Under the pieces are notes generated by a model. The model worked only from the letters and a program-made list of their open reading frames with translations. It searched no databases and was not told the origin of the DNA. Made by a program: the position numbers and the translations under genes. Shown in pieces: positions 21,337 through 31,857 of a DNA stretch of 64,000 nt (positions are counted from its first letter, which is position 1; each line of letters starts with the position of its first letter). Source of the DNA: a virus; IMG/VR virus record IMGVR_UViG_3300023074_000001, positions 1-64,000 of that record, one strand, 5' to 3'.

Positions 21337-21516
21337 CATGAAGATGAAAAAAACTGTTATTAACGATGTTGTTAAAATGGGTATGGATCAAGAAAAAGAT
21401 TTAGCTAGGCGACTGCCGCAGCTTAGCGAAAAGAAATCTCACAAGTTATCGCCACCAGAAGACGGACACGAAAACTAATACCGATTATCCTAACATACTA
21501 ACGTTAGGATAAAGAC

Positions 21517-21882
21517 ATGGCTAAAACTATTCGTGTAGCTGAGGGACCGGTGACGAAAGTAACCGATGGCGATACGTTTGTTGTAGAATACCTCGACTTA
21601 GGTTGGGGTAACAGAGTGTATCCCTTAGATAAAACCAAACCAGGCTACTGTGCTATAAGGATTACTCTACCTGAAAACAAGTGGTACGACGCTCCTGAGA
21701 AAGCTGATAAAGTTCGTTGGAAAGCAGCAACAGATTATTTAAAAACATTGCTGACTCCAGGTACAGAAGTAGTTCTTACTTCTTATGGTTTATTTACTCT
21801 CGGTAGAACCTTGGCGTCTGTGACCTTGCCAGACGGAAGAGATGTTGCTACGCTCATGGTAGAGGCAGGACATACCAAATAA
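21517..21882 (+). CDS. thermonuclease (SNase-like)
   Basis: VTDGDT, DAPE, LGRTLASV, MVEAGH. Confidence 0.8.
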   Translation: MAKTIRVAEGPVTKVTDGDTFVVEYLDLGWGNRVYPLDKTKPGYCAIRITLPENKWYDAPEKADKVRWKAATDYLKTLLTPGTEVVLTSYGLFTLGRTLASVTLPDGRDVATLMVEAGHTK

Positions 21883-21960
21883 CAAAGCCAACCTCTGTTA
21901 GGTTTACGACGGTGCGATCTCTGAGCTGGTACACGATGAGGTTTTGTTATTTGGTGAGGG

Positions 21961-21996
21961 AAGACCCATGAAAATTCATGGGTCTTCTTCTTGTTT
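21961..21996 (+). terminator. intrinsic terminator
   Basis: GAAGACCCATGAA/TTCATGGGTCTTC hairpin followed by a T-rich tract. Confidence 0.7.
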
Positions 21997-22344
21997 GACA
22001 CCGAGGCTAGTATGTAGTAGGCTCATGGCATGGAAATCATCGTATGGATTATTTTTGGGGTAATCGCTACTATCCTCGTTACTCTCTTTGCGCACTTCGC
22101 TCTAGCACTTTCTTGGCTTGCTGCCTTTATTACAGCCTTGATTTTTGTGGTTGTAGGGGTGTGGGTAGCTAATGAAATTGGATAGAATGAGCGATAAGCA
22201 GTTAGCTGATTTTCTTAACCAAACCAAGTATGCTATCTCTCATTATACGTCTATGGAACGAGTCTATCGCCTTAACAAGGAAGCATCGATGGAAGACCTA
22301 GAAGAAATTATTCAAGTCATGAAGCAGAGAAAGGAGAGTAAGTA

Positions 22345-23004
22345 ATGCAAGTTTTTGAATATCATAAAATTCCAGGGCCGTTTAAGCGTGCAACTGAGGG
22401 AGTTAATAAGAACCAGGTCATTGCTTGGCAGTGGTCTAATCCTGAGCTGGAGTATCTAGCAGATGTGCCATGGATTTTTACAGAAAAGATTGATGGAACT
22501 AATATCCGCATCATCTGGGATGGGTATTCTGTCGAGGTACGTGGACGTACTGATCGCGCTAATCTTGCACCTGATCTGGTAAAGACTTTGTTTGCCATGT
22601 TTCCTGAGGAGTTGATGGAGCAGACTTTCGGGGCTAACCCGGCTATTTTGTTTGGTGAAGGCTATGGTCCAGGTATCCAAAAGGGCGGCGGCAACTATCG
22701 TTCAGATAAGAGTTTCATTCTTTTTGATGTGCATATCGGTGGTTGGTGGCTTATGCGAAACTCTGTAGAGGATATCGCTAAGTCTCTAGGAATCGATGTT
22801 GTACCTGTCGGAGCCTCCTGTACGCTTAGGGAAGCTATTAAAGATATGGCAGCTTTAGACTTCATTGACTCTATGGTTGCTGAGACTCCTATGAACATTG
22901 AAGGTATGGTAGGTACTCCTAAGATTCCCCTGTTCAATCGTAAGGGCGAACGAGTCATCGTGAAACTCAAGGGTTGCGATCTCTACGGACTTGAGGTAGG
23001 CTAA
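22345..23004 (+). CDS. ATP-dependent RNA ligase (Rnl2-like nucleotidyltransferase domain)
   Basis: Motif I EKIDGTN, FGEGYG, LFDV, EGMVG, VKLK. Confidence 0.85.
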   Translation: MQVFEYHKIPGPFKRATEGVNKNQVIAWQWSNPELEYLADVPWIFTEKIDGTNIRIIWDGYSVEVRGRTDRANLAPDLVKTLFAMFPEELMEQTFGANPAILFGEGYGPGIQKGGGNYRSDKSFILFDVHIGGWWLMRNSVEDIAKSLGIDVVPVGASCTLREAIKDMAALDFIDSMVAETPMNIEGMVGTPKIPLFNRKGERVIVKLKGCDLYGLEVG

Positions 23005-23820
23005 GCACATGGACGTACTAGAGGACATCTTTTTTTCTATTTTCATTGCTGCTCTTGCGGCTGGGCTTTTGGTAGGTGTGGCGCAGCTCTTTGAGGCGAC
23101 CGACCATAATACTTGCCACGAGCGTGGAGAACTTGCTAATGTGCAGGTAACCTATCGTAAGTGGAAGGGTTGCTATGTTAACCAGAATAACCTTTGGGTT
23201 CCTTATGACAACTGGAAGTACAACCGAGACCATGGGTTTGTGCAGAAATGATGGATGAAAGAATCTTTCTAAGTCTAGTACTGTTTCTAGCAGTAGTATG
23301 TGTTATTGCTGCTTTCGTCCTTCTCGACAATCAGCAAAAGCAGTTTGCAGACTCTTGCCACGCAAGGGGCGGCGCCGTACAGCACATCTATCGTAACGCT
23401 AACTGTGTCAGTACTGATGGTAAGCTGCTTGACACCTTCAGCAAGTAGTGTTAGGCTTCCTACATGACACGAGATGAGGCGCTAAGAGCAGCTGAGAATT
23501 GTTTGAACTATGTAACAACTGTTAGGTTGCCATCACATGATCATGAAGCTGGCAAGGCAATTGCCTTGATGGCTCAAGCTAAGGCCGAAGCAGCTAAAGC
23601 ATATATCGAACTAGCCAAGTTGCTTAGCTACTAAGGAGAGCACTATGAAGTTTGTTGTGGCTTGGGTGTTGTCGGCGCTATTTTTTCTAGCAATGTTTAA
23701 TTGGTATAGCACTAACAGCGATAAGTTTAATGAACGTTGCAGGCAGTATCAGGGTCATGTAGAGTCTAGTTTTATGAAGTACTCATGCGTTGATGCAGCA
23801 AATCAAGTGATCTTCGGCAC

Positions 23821-23849
23821 TTGACAAGCTAGCTGCGACGATGTAAAGT
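23821..23849 (+). promoter_or_regulatory. SigA-type promoter for tRNA operon
   Basis: TTGACA-17bp-TAAAGT. Confidence 0.75.
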
Positions 23850-23909
23850 AGAAGTTGTAAGCAGGAAGAAGTTGCGACATAGCGCACAACGGAATGCTTA
23901 CAACTCTAT

Positions 23910-23981
23910 GGGGGATTCATATACAGGTTATTATGCTGCTTTTGCAAGGCAGACAAAAGAGTTCGAGTCTCTTATCCTCCA
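23910..23981 (+). tRNA. tRNA-Ala(TGC)
   Basis: CTGCT-TTTGCAA-GGCAG; G3:U70 pair. Confidence 0.88.
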
Positions 23982-24218
23982 CGCAAGCAAGTATCGGGGT
24001 AACATTCGGTTACGCAGGGGGTTATAATATGCCCGGTTAAACTCCGGCCGAGAAAGCTTAAAACTTGTGATGACTATGAGCTCAATGGGGCGACATGTAC
24101 TGACCTGATAGCGGCAGCCGAGCCCGAACTGGACAGACTTGACAGGCGAAGCAGTCCTAAGTTATAGTTAGATCCTGCCAGAATTCAAGTCTTAGCTGAC
24201 TGGTAGTTCACAATTAAT

Positions 24219-24292
24219 GGGGTTGTAGCTTAGCGGCTAAAGCAGTTGTCTTACACACAACAGATTCGTAGGTTCGAGTCCTACCAGCCCTA
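24219..24292 (+). tRNA. tRNA-Val(TAC)
   Basis: GTTGT-CTTACAC-ACAAC. Confidence 0.92.
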
Positions 24293-24413
24293 CAAAGGAT
24301 AGTTGCAACTATTCTAGCAGCATTGGCGGTTCGAATCCGTAAGGCTAAACAATGTTGCGAGCATTAAAATGACATAGATTTAATTCGGCCGTACATGCTT
24401 CTATGTCAAGCTT

Positions 24414-24488
24414 GGGTCCGTAGTATTAATTGGTAAAACCCCCGCCTCTTAAGCGGTGAGAATGTCGGTTCGAATCCGACCGGACCCA
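24414..24488 (+). tRNA. tRNA-Lys(CTT)
   Basis: CCGC-CTCTTAA-GCGG. Confidence 0.9.
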
Positions 24489-24654
24489 CTTTAACAAAAT
24501 TCACAAGGAGTTGTTATGGCTGAAGCTAAGTGCAAGGCTTGTGGACATGCACGTAAATCACATTCTATAGTTGGTTGCCTTGATTCAGGAAGATGTACCT
24601 ATCAATGCACTGTAAAGTTTAATGATAAGAAAATGTTTGAGTAACTAAATATTT

Positions 24655-24725
24655 GCACCGTTAGCTGAGTGGTTTAGCTCCGTCCTCTTAAGTCGGAGAC
24701 GTCAGTTCGATTCTGACACGGTGTA
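24655..24725 (+). tRNA. tRNA-Lys(CTT)
   Basis: CTCTTAA loop; cloverleaf. Confidence 0.87.
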
Positions 24726-24857
24726 CGTTAGATGTTAATTCAGTAAATGAAGCGGGGCTTCTTGGTTGTTAGAGCCCGTGAAAGACTGTATCACGAAACC
24801 TTAGCGGGTGAAGTTTCCCAAGACGAACCAAGTGAGGGAAAGCATCTAGCACCACAT

Positions 24858-24929
24858 GCGCCGTTAGCTGAGATGGTTTAGCTGGGGACTTTTAATCCTT
24901 AGACGCGGGTTCGAGTCCTGCACGGCGTA
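24858..24929 (+). tRNA. tRNA-Lys(TTT)
   Basis: GGGGA-CTTTTAA-TCCTT. Confidence 0.9.
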
Positions 24930-25314
24930 CATGTCTAAAGATAAAGATAACAAACGAAATCAATCTAGCGAGAAGCTTCCAGAGTTCGATGCTAAACTTG
25001 ATCGAAGGTGGACCAAAGGAGCTAAGGGTGCAGCCCGAGGCAAGACTGATTCTACTAACGATACTGATTTTGGTAAAATTAATAACTCCCATAAGACGCG
25101 TTGATAATGGTTTCTACTAAAAAGTGTAATTCTTGTGAGCACCCTGCGATTCAGCACAACCAATCAGGTTGTTTTGCTGTTGCTATGGGAAACTCTAAGA
25201 GGAAAGATAGTTCTTGTTTCTGCAAGATGCCTCGCACGTTGATTGAATAGATTTAGATACTGGTCTAAGCACCACGGACGTACGGCCGGAACGGGTAAGC
25301 GCAGTATTTGATGG

Positions 25315-25384
25315 AGCATGGTAGCCCAAATGGTAGAGGCAGAGCCCTGTGAGGGAAGTCTTGGTTCGAATCCAAGTCATGCAC
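25315..25384 (+). pseudogene. tRNA-like element with collapsed anticodon arm
   Basis: Canonical D arm and T arm CTTGG-TTCGAAT-CCAAG; anticodon arm reduced to CCC-TGTGA-GGG. Confidence 0.55.
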
Positions 25385-25538
25385 GTTTGGTTGTGAGTTT
25401 GCCTTTCGTCGGGAAGACGAAACGGAACTCTCGTACGATCAGGTCAGCCTAATGTGCCAGCATTAGGTGTAAGCGCTAGGGAACACCTAGTTAGCTTGGG
25501 TCATTCGTAATGGTAAAAGCAGGGCTGGCACCCTGTTA

Positions 25539-25607
25539 GTGTTGAGTAGCATTTGGATAATGCGCCTCCAGTTACGGGGGAGATACGGTTCAATTCCGCT
25601 CAATGCA
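25539..25607 (+). pseudogene. degenerate tRNA-like element
   Basis: GTGTTGAG/CTCAATGC stem, D arm, non-canonical anticodon loop, T loop TTCAATT. Confidence 0.5.
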
Positions 25608-25809
25608 CAAACCCAGGGACGCCTGGATTAGGTAATCGCTAGGTACCTTAACCTATTGTCTGGTAGACTTGAGACGCCTGACTAGCTATCAGGAATGTCA
25701 AAGAGGATTCAGACCGATTACTGTTTTTTACACAATACCAGATAGGGTAGGTAATACGGAATGTTCTCAACTTGAAAGGGTTGGTCGATTCTGGTAGAGT
25801 GTAATCAAT

Positions 25810-25878
25810 GCCCCTGCTATAGGATATAGACTCAGGTCTTCTAAACCAGATGAGAAGGTTCGAATCCTTCCAGGGGCG
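25810..25878 (+). tRNA. tRNA-Arg(TCT) with short D arm
   Basis: GCCCCTG/CAGGGGC acceptor; CTTCTAA loop. Confidence 0.82.
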
Positions 25879-26066
25879 CATTATGGTGGCAAAACGAAAA
25901 ACAACTACGACTGTTACTCTCAAGAAGGGTAACAAGACTCTCACAGCAAAGAGAGAAACAACAACAGAATATGACAGGAAGAGTAAGACCTGGAAGCAGA
26001 GTCAACACGATACTCTCATCAAAACTGAAGTGAAACCTTATTCTCCTAAACTTAGTAGGTAACTAA

Positions 26067-26606
26067 ATGCTTTCAGTACAAATTTATACTCTTCCCGATG
26101 AAGATTACGTCATCGATTCATCTTATGACATGTATAAAATTGCTTTTAGGCCACTTCTCAAGCTCGCCGCCCAGAATCATATGATGGATTACTATGAGTT
26201 CGAGCAAATGTGGCATAATCCTTACATCGAAAAACATGTTGTTTACGATGATGGGGAACTTGTCGGCCTCAGTGTAGTTACTAGGCACCTTAATCAATGG
26301 TCTCTGATTTCTGAGGCATACTTTGAGCATAATTTTCCCGAGCATTTTGATTCAGGAACCCTATGGTATGTAGGATTTGTTTGTGTAGCTAATAAGTATC
26401 AGTCTTCTGGAGCATTTCAGATGCTGCTAGAGTCTATGTCTGACAACCGTAAAGATGGTATGTTCTTTATGGACTTCTGTACACATAATCTAGATAGAAA
26501 AATTATTACGCTTTGTACGAGGGCTTTGACTTCATCAGATCCTACCGCTACAATGACTCATGTAGACTCTCAGGAGTTCTGGGTTGTGCGGTGGGCAAAT
26601 AACTAG
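26067..26606 (+). CDS. GNAT-fold-like protein
   Basis: LVGLSVV...WYVGFVCVANKYQSSG resembles the acetyl-CoA-binding motif A. Confidence 0.5.
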   Translation: MLSVQIYTLPDEDYVIDSSYDMYKIAFRPLLKLAAQNHMMDYYEFEQMWHNPYIEKHVVYDDGELVGLSVVTRHLNQWSLISEAYFEHNFPEHFDSGTLWYVGFVCVANKYQSSGAFQMLLESMSDNRKDGMFFMDFCTHNLDRKIITLCTRALTSSDPTATMTHVDSQEFWVVRWANN

Positions 26607-26791
26607 CAAACACTAGGCCACCCTTAGCGGGTGGTCTTTTTGTGTAGGAGGACAACAATGGCTGAGAAGTATAGAGGCAAGCATAAGAAAAAAGATCTGC
26701 TAAAGGAATGCCCTGATCATGGGTTGAATGCTACTAAGCAAAATATCAAGGGCGGACTTGTTATCTGCATGACATGCAAGAAACCAGTTCT

Positions 26792-27736
26792 ATGATTGAG
26801 ACAATAAAGATCAGTAATTTTCAGAGTTTGAGAAATGTTGACATCGAATTAGGTAACTTTACGGTTATCGTAGGTCCATCATCATCAGGTAAGTCTGCAT
26901 TAACAAGAGCATTAAAAGCCGTAGCATCTAATGCTCTTGATTCCGATTATATTACTAGAGGAACTAAATTATCTTCTGTGTCTGTTAAAACAGATTCAGG
27001 CACAGTTACTATTGAGAGGTCAGGTAATACCAGTGCTTACAAAGTTGCTAAGGTTGGCAGCCAAGAATCCAGCTTTACTCGCCTTAATCGTCAAGTACCT
27101 ACCGAAGTTACAGAAATACTTGGCATCGCGCCGAGCACCAAAGAGATAGAATCTATCAACTTTGCGGGCCAATTCGATGCTCCTTATCTTTTAAAGGACG
27201 GCTCCAGTACAGTAGCTAGAGTTCTAGGAGAATTAACTAATGTCTCTACTATTTTTGCAGCAGTAAAAGAAGCCAGCAAAAGAGCAAAAAACTCTAGCTC
27301 ACTACTTAACCTGAGAAAGAAAGATCTCGATGAGGTTAAAAAGCAGATTACTGATTATCGCAATGTTACTCAAGAAACTCAGCAACTAGCTGAAATCGAA
27401 ATGTTGATTTCTACAAGTGTCCAAACTGAGGCCAGCCTACGGCTTCTGAAGACTCTGGTGGGGCGCGCTGAGGTGGCCTCAGATGCCCTCAGCGGGGTTA
27501 AAATTATTCCTGAGGTACCTGACATGGATGAGCTGATAAAGGCTCAAAATAATCTAACTAGATTTAAGAATTTACTCAGAGAAATCAATAGCGCCAAGAG
27601 TGTACGTTTCTCTCAAGGAGCATTGGTAGAACAAGCTGATGAGACTATCAGCGAAATAGATATTGAACTACATGACACCCTAGTGCAAGCAGGAAACTGC
27701 CCTCTTTGTAATCAGAAGACCGGAGGACTACTGTGA
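26792..27736 (+). CDS. sbcC: SbcC/Rad50 ATPase, N-terminal half ending at the zinc hook
   Basis: ISNFQS, Walker A GPSSSGKS, Q-loop GQFD, coiled coil, terminal CPLC. Confidence 0.85.
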   Translation: MIETIKISNFQSLRNVDIELGNFTVIVGPSSSGKSALTRALKAVASNALDSDYITRGTKLSSVSVKTDSGTVTIERSGNTSAYKVAKVGSQESSFTRLNRQVPTEVTEILGIAPSTKEIESINFAGQFDAPYLLKDGSSTVARVLGELTNVSTIFAAVKEASKRAKNSSSLLNLRKKDLDEVKKQITDYRNVTQETQQLAEIEMLISTSVQTEASLRLLKTLVGRAEVASDALSGVKIIPEVPDMDELIKAQNNLTRFKNLLREINSAKSVRFSQGALVEQADETISEIDIELHDTLVQAGNCPLCNQKTGGLL

Positions 27737-28953
27737 ACTCAGATCGTAGAGGGATAAGAGAGTCATTAGAGTCTGAAAAATTTCTTCTTGAGTTTGATAC
27801 CAACTCCGAGGATTTCATCAGAGGATTTGAATGTGGCGAAATATGGGCCTGTTTATCTGACAGAGTAGAGTATCTTCATTCTATTATTGTGACTTCTAAT
27901 GCCTTGATGGTGATGCGTATGGTAGACGCAGCAAATAAAAAATTTAATGCTCATTATACTTTCGATGCGCATGAGTTGACACAGGAGCATATTGAGCAAT
28001 TATTACTTGGTCCTGGTGAGTGGATGAGTGTTGTTATCAAGGATGAGTCACATGAGTAACGAAGAAATACCTCCCTGGCATACGCTTCCTGAAGAGGATA
28101 AGACAAAGGCAAAAGAACTGTATGCCGAACTAGACGAATTGACAGCACGCTATGAGAAATTGAGAGACGATGAGAATATTTCACCTGAAAAGAATTGAAG
28201 ATGAGACAGGAATCTCGGGAACAGGCTTGGTAACTGAGGGTGTTGAGTTTTCTGATGGTAGTTGTGCTATGCGTTGGATGACAGAAACTACCTCTACAGG
28301 ATTTTACAAAAACATAGATGATGTGGTACACATCCATGGGCACGGCGGTAAGACTGTCGTCGTCTGGGATTGACAGCTTAAGCTAATTCTGTTAGAGTAC
28401 GAGGCATGAGAGGAGCTGACATGAAACCTTATAAGCGCAAGGACACCCCTGAGGAGACTAGACGGCTCCTCGAACTTCGTAGATCTAATGCCGCAGGTAG
28501 ACATAAAAACAGGAAGAGATATGACAGAAAACGAGATCGCCGAATCCCCTCGGAGAACTAATATTACTGACAAAATCAGCAAAGACGACTTTAGGTTTCT
28601 CAGTTATATAGCTTCTTTCTTTTTAGGGTTCTTTATCCTAGTAGGAGTAATCTCTGGGTGGGCTGGACTTATTTATGTAGTATTTGGAATGCTTATGACT
28701 GTGGTTGTTGTTGCGACAGTCTATACTCTCTACAAAGCTGTTTCAGGATTGTCGGATCTCCTTTATGATTGGTTGGCAAAAGATGAGTAAGTTCAACGAT
28801 CCTAAGGCCAAGGTTCCTTCCAAGAAGAATAAGGCTTCCAAGGAAAAGACTACCGATGCTTATGTTGAAGCATTGAAGGCTGCACCATCTTGGTACAGGT
28901 CGGAAAAATAAATTGACATGCGTGTATCAACTCTGGTAGACTTGGTGCATCGC

Positions 28954-29024
28954 GGCGAATTAGTTCAACGGTAGAACGGCAGACTCATATCCTGTTAACA
29001 AGGGTTCGACTCCCTTATTCGCTA
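28954..29024 (+). tRNA. tRNA(CAT), Met or Ile2
   Basis: CTCATAT loop; cloverleaf. Confidence 0.85.
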
Positions 29025-29624
29025 CATGGCAAATAACACACATGCATTGTTTAGAGAGCTACGAGCAGCCATCCTCGAAGAGTTTTATTCAGAGGCATAC
29101 ACAAGAATTCAGAGCTTAGGTAGACCAGGATTACATGATTTGGCAGAAATCAATCGTGGCGACGCACTAAGAGCATTAAACGTTGCAAGGAGAAGACTCC
29201 TTGCTAAAGATGAGGAGAAACTAAGTGTCGCCGACACCCAAAGCTAAGATGTTCATCTCGCCAGATCAGTTAGCTAATTTTCTGGTACTACCACCAACTA
29301 CTGAAATTATCAGTATGTATGTTTTACCTGACCCGCTAACGTTAAATGTTATCACTAGTGTTCCAGGCCCACATATTGTTGTAGATGAGCCATCTCTACG
29401 AGATTTTCTTAATCTGCCAGAACACACCAAAATTGTTAACATCGTTGTAACTAACGATCCTCTGTCTTTTACTGTTATTCTTATGTCTGCTACAGCCTTT
29501 AATGAGGCGTATATTGACTACGGCGGATACGACCCTGGTCTAAGCTTTATTACTATTGGAACAAACTTTTTCGACTAAGTGGTTGACAGCAACAAATTTG
29601 GTATGCTACGCTAGATACCAACGA

Positions 29625-29699
29625 CGCGGATTAGTGTAGCCTGGTAACACGCAAGCCTCATGCGCTTGAGACTCGGGGGTTCGAATCCCCCATCCGCCA
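29625..29699 (+). tRNA. tRNA-Met(CAT) with initiator-like C1xC72 mismatch
   Basis: CAAGC-CTCATGC-GCTTG; lacks the 3 G-C anticodon-stem pairs of typical tRNA-fMet. Confidence 0.85.
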
Positions 29700-29704
29700 C
29701 TCAT

Positions 29705-29781
29705 GCAGGTATAGCTCAGCGGCAAGAGCAACGGCTTCCAAACCCGTGTTGTCGGGGGTTCGAGTCCCTCTACCTGTGCCA
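29705..29781 (+). tRNA. tRNA-Trp(CCA)
   Basis: TTCCAAA loop; G73 and encoded CCA. Confidence 0.9.
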
Positions 29782-29949
29782 TAATAGAAGGAGTTTTACC
29801 ATGAAAAAAGGTAAGATGATTAAGCAAGACAATCCAGAACCTAAAGTAGGTCGCGGAGTTGTCAAAAAATGTCCTAACTGTACGGACGGTAAAATCGGTA
29901 AGGCTGATTGTAATGCCTGTACTGGGCACGGTTCAAGGCGTCTGTACCT

Positions 29950-30516
29950 ATGAAATTATCTCCTCATGAAGTTGCTTTCCTTGTTATCAATGCAGGGTTT
30001 AGCAAGACTACTATAGTGCCAGGAACTAATGATTCTGAGGCTGTAGTTGCTGTGGCAGTAGCGTTTGCTGAGTCTAGTGCTGATACAGAAAGTATTTCTC
30101 GTACTACTGCCGCTATTACTAGTGAACCAGCTAGCGTAGGGCAGCGAGATCATGGTATCTTTCAGCTCTCAGGACGTTGGCAATACCCTAAGATTCAAAA
30201 AGCTGGTGGGCGTTGGCGTGATCCTGCGACTAACGTAGCTATTGCTTATGAAATTTTTAGGACCAACGGTAGGACTTTTACACCTTGGTCTGTTTTTGAG
30301 AAAAACGCAGCAACAGGTGTGGCACCTTACGAGCAGTATCTTCCTGATGCTAGGATGGGTGTAGCTCAGCCTTGGCCTTATGTTGATGAGATGCAACTGG
30401 CTATGAAAAACTTGCAGACATCGCTTGACACAGCAGTAACGAGTATGACAAAATTGACTACAACAGTAAATGAGATGACTACTAAGCTCGCTGAAGTAAG
30501 AAGTCACTTCAAGTAA
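29950..30516 (+). CDS. lysozyme-like/lytic transglycosylase domain protein
   Basis: AVAFAESS, DHGIFQL, DPATN, PWS motifs; C-terminal coiled coil. Confidence 0.8.
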   Translation: MKLSPHEVAFLVINAGFSKTTIVPGTNDSEAVVAVAVAFAESSADTESISRTTAAITSEPASVGQRDHGIFQLSGRWQYPKIQKAGGRWRDPATNVAIAYEIFRTNGRTFTPWSVFEKNAATGVAPYEQYLPDARMGVAQPWPYVDEMQLAMKNLQTSLDTAVTSMTKLTTTVNEMTTKLAEVRSHFK

Positions 30517-30808
30517 ATAGATTTCCCTTAATTAGTTGTCTGACACAGACGTTCAATCAACTAATGAGGAGATTTCTGTGGAATATCGTGCATGTCAAGG
30601 TGGTTGTGGTCTTGTTTACCCAGTTGGTACACTTGATGAGTGGGTGGGCCGAAACAAGTATAAGATCGGCGAAGGTGTGGTAGGCTACACAGAGGAGCCG
30701 TTCGAAATTGAAATTTACGATAAGTTAATCATGATGTGGCTATGTGAAGGTTGCTGGTACGCATCGTACGATGAAACATAAGTAACATAGAGTCGAAAGA
30801 CTCTTCAA

Positions 30809-30882
30809 GGCTCTGTATTCCAATTGGTAGAGAACTCAGGCTTAGACCCTGAACAGTGTCAGTTCGAATCTGACCAGAGTCA
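30809..30882 (+). tRNA. tRNA-Leu(TAG), short variable loop
   Basis: TCAGG-CTTAGAC-CCTGA. Confidence 0.9.
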
Positions 30883-31432
30883 CATGAAAACTATCCGTAA
30901 GCTTACTAACGGTGTTATTGAAACAACCAAAGTTACTAAGTCGGGGTCTGTTGAAAGAACTTTTAGCGCTCCAGTAAAGAAGAAAAAGAAGTAATTCCGA
31001 TATAACATAATAAGGTTCCAACTATCAGATGGAGTTTTATTATGTACAATCGTGAAGTAGAGATTACTAAGGTTACTGAGCGTAAGTCAGAAGACGGCAA
31101 GTATAAGGCTGAGTTAACAGCCAAGGACCAGGACAAGACTGTGGTAAAGTTTGTTGTTCAAGGTGAGGGTGACTTGCCAGTCTGGGTTCGAGATGGTAAG
31201 CTTCTGAATGTAACGATCGAGGTTGATCGAGTATAGGTAAGACTTCTTGGTGGTAGCTGAGCAAACAAGTCAGCGGCACAGAAGCACACAGTACGTTGCC
31301 AACTTCCGGCAGAGGCCGGTCCTGATTACCAGGATAGCCAAGCGTAGGTTACTATCGATTGTGTGATGGAGTGCGACTTAACTACGTGAAAGAGGAATGC
31401 GCGCCTCTTGACTCGTCAGCACCAAGAATTAA

Positions 31433-31505
31433 GGCTACGTATCCCAAAGGCAGAGGACGCGGACTTAAAATCCGTTCAGTGTCGGTTCGACCCCGACCGT
31501 AGCTA
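31433..31505 (+). tRNA. tRNA-Leu(TAA), short variable loop
   Basis: GCGGA-CTTAAAA-TCCGT. Confidence 0.9.
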
Positions 31506-31507
31506 CT

Positions 31508-31604
31508 TTAGTGATAGTTTAATGTGAGAACGCCTGTTTGTTGTTACAGGTAATTCAGGTAAACGTCAGATCGTATGCTGATACTATTCCTGGTCACTAA
31601 GCCA
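31508..31604 (+). tRNA. tRNA-Asn(GTT)-like RNA with expanded T loop
   Basis: TTAGTGA/TCACTAA-G-CCA, D arm, CCTGT/ACAGG anticodon stem, T stem enclosing 29 nt. Confidence 0.55.
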
Positions 31605-31759
31605 AACTTGGTGTCTGTTGATTTCAGCAGAGTCATCTGTTAGGGTTCAGATGAGACTAGCATAAGTCCTTAACTGGCGGCCAAACCAAACCTAGGAGAG
31701 AAAGCAAGTATTCGAGGAGTGGAGGATCGCAACCTTCCTTGCTGGACCTCCGAAATTAA

Positions 31760-31832
31760 GGCGACGTAGCCCAAAGGTAGAGGCATCAGATTCAAAACCT
31801 GACCAGCGTGGGTTCGACCCCCACCGTTGCTA
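31760..31832 (+). tRNA. tRNA-Leu(CAA), short variable loop
   Basis: TTCAAAA loop; cloverleaf. Confidence 0.88.
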
Positions 31833-31857
31833 CATTATGACAAACAAAGGAAGCACT

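Noticed and set aside
25539-25607. Ochre (TTA) suppressor tRNA or genetic recoding
   Set aside because: The loop lacks U33 and its register is ambiguous; genes end normally at TAA/TAG/TGA
30789-30804. Additional Y-RNA motif GAGTCGAAAG
   Set aside because: It is a simple AGAGTC-GAAA-GACTCT tetraloop hairpin without the partner YAT-RTTC strand
31760-31832. Selenocysteine or opal (TCA) tRNA
   Set aside because: The 7-nt loop TTCAAAA places CAA at positions 34-36; no Sec-type arms
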